A stretch of DNA of 64,000 bases, taken from positions 64,001 to 128,000 of IMG/VR virus record IMGVR_UViG_3300045988_161114; one strand, written 5' to 3'. This DNA comes from a virus. The position numbers and the translations under genes were made by a program. Below, in pieces: positions 63,257-64,000 of the stretch (its first letter is position 1; the number at the start of each line of letters is the position of its first letter). Below the pieces are notes generated by a model. The model worked only from the letters and a program-made list of their open reading frames with translations, was not told the origin of the DNA and made no database searches.

Positions 63257-63383
63257 CTGGTGTGTATTTTATGGTTTCTTGTGGAGTGGGGTATAGTCCG
63301 GGATTTGCCCCCTGGACTGTATCCATGTTATTACATCATCCACATTCATTAGATTAATTTTATTTTTATAAGGAGTAACCAAA

Positions 63384-63530
63384 ATGGTTAAATTCATCAT
63401 CGCTTTAGTAGTATTCTTCTCAGTCCTGTTTTGCGGAATTGAATCTTTAATGAGCTCATCCAAAGCAGCTGATGCATTAAGTAGTCGTAATGCAGTAATC
63501 GAATGCAAGGTTGAAGGCAATTGTAAGTAA
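63384..63530 (+). CDS. small hydrophobic-N-terminus peptide (48 aa)
   Basis: Not in the ORF track because it is under 60 aa. ATG at 63384, with a TAAGGAG Shine-Dalgarno 8 nt upstream. Sequence MVKFIIALVVFFSVLFCGIESLMSSSKAADALSSRNAVIECKVEGNCK, stop at 63528-63530. Confidence 0.55.
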   Translation: MVKFIIALVVFFSVLFCGIESLMSSSKAADALSSRNAVIECKVEGNCK

Positions 63531-63598
63531 TTATCTTATTTTTATTAATTTATTTGTTTTTCAATTCTATTTTTTATTTTTTAAGAAAGGTTTATATT

Positions 63599-63769
63599 AT
63601 GAAAAGCCCAATCAAATTCCGTTGGATCTTGGTTATCCTGTTTGCAGTATTTATGTTTAATACTGTTAATAATAGTCTTAAACGTTCAGACTATAACCAT
63701 TGTCTTGTTACGTCTAAAATGACATCTGAGCAATGTCAATCTTTAACTGGTTATCAACTAAATAAGTAA
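63599..63769 (+). CDS. small membrane/secreted peptide (56 aa)
   Basis: The ORF-track start at 63554 is TTG. The in-frame ATG at 63599 gives MKSPIKFRWILVILFAVFMFNTV..., a signal/TM-like N-terminus. Confidence 0.5.
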   Translation: MKSPIKFRWILVILFAVFMFNTVNNSLKRSDYNHCLVTSKMTSEQCQSLTGYQLNK

Positions 63770-63784
63770 TTTAAGGAGATTAAA

Positions 63785-64000
63785 ATGGTTAAATTTGAAA
63801 ACAAAAACCAAGTAATTGATACACTGAATTCTGCTGAGCTTTGGCTTGGCATTTTCAAAGATGTTGAGGATCAATTCTATTTAAAAATGGAATGCTTTGA
63901 TGATCCAAGTCATCTTGTGATACAATTGGATTATTACTGTGATCATTGGCTTGAACCATTGCTTTATAATGCCCGATTGCGTGAGTGCATTAAATGGTTT
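63785..64000 (+). CDS. hypothetical protein, first 72 codons (runs off the right edge)
   Basis: ATG at 63785 with an AAGGAG Shine-Dalgarno 7 nt upstream. Open to the window end (MVKFENKNQVIDTLNSAELWLGIFKDVEDQFYLKMECFDD...). Confidence 0.6.
   Translation, partial: MVKFENKNQVIDTLNSAELWLGIFKDVEDQFYLKMECFDDPSHLVIQLDYYCDHWLEPLLYNARLRECIKWF

Noticed and set aside
63269-63520. Minus-strand 83-aa ORF in the right-hand intergenic region
   Set aside because: It has no ribosome-binding site and runs against the local gene direction. It overlaps a plus-strand 48-aa ORF that has a strong TAAGGAG Shine-Dalgarno and a signal-like N-terminus.

Overview
The window is an almost gene-saturated block from an AT-rich (roughly one-third G+C), contractile-tailed dsDNA phage. 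No integrase, tRNA or CRISPR array was seen. About 58 kb reads leftward on the minus strand as one packaging and virion super-operon. Its gene order is: a small-terminase-like gene split by a 156-aa mini-intein; a nuclease/exonuclease island; TerL; portal; prohead protease-scaffold fusion; decoration-like protein; HK97-type major capsid protein followed by a strong terminator; about 10 unknown virion genes; tail sheath; three tail-tube paralogues, one fused to a staphylococcal-nuclease domain; two chaperone-slot genes; three giant ORFs (1273, 1664 and 2013 aa); baseplate genes; and a tail fibre that runs off the left edge and is missing from the ORF track. Right of 58.2 kb lie five further elements. 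(1) A 1.1-kb ORF-free interval whose ~0.65-kb core is G+C-enriched and dense in hairpins, a candidate large structured RNA. (2) A lone rightward gene with a consensus sigma70 promoter and its own terminator, arranged like a moron. (3) A leftward cassette of membrane, coiled-coil and glycine-zipper proteins that looks lysis-related. (4) A divergent control region with nested palindromes and direct repeats. (5) The start of a rightward cluster of small genes. The two strongest leads follow. First, the 1664-aa giant ORF, in the tape-measure slot of the tail module, contains a segment that aligns motif by motif with the catalytic beta-prime double-psi beta-barrel of cellular RNA polymerases, including a DxDxD loop (DLDDD), so it may be a virion-delivered single-chain RNA polymerase. 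Second, the ORF-free structured-RNA candidate next to the packaging genes. All functional calls rest on hand translation, remembered family motifs and gene order. No database search was possible.
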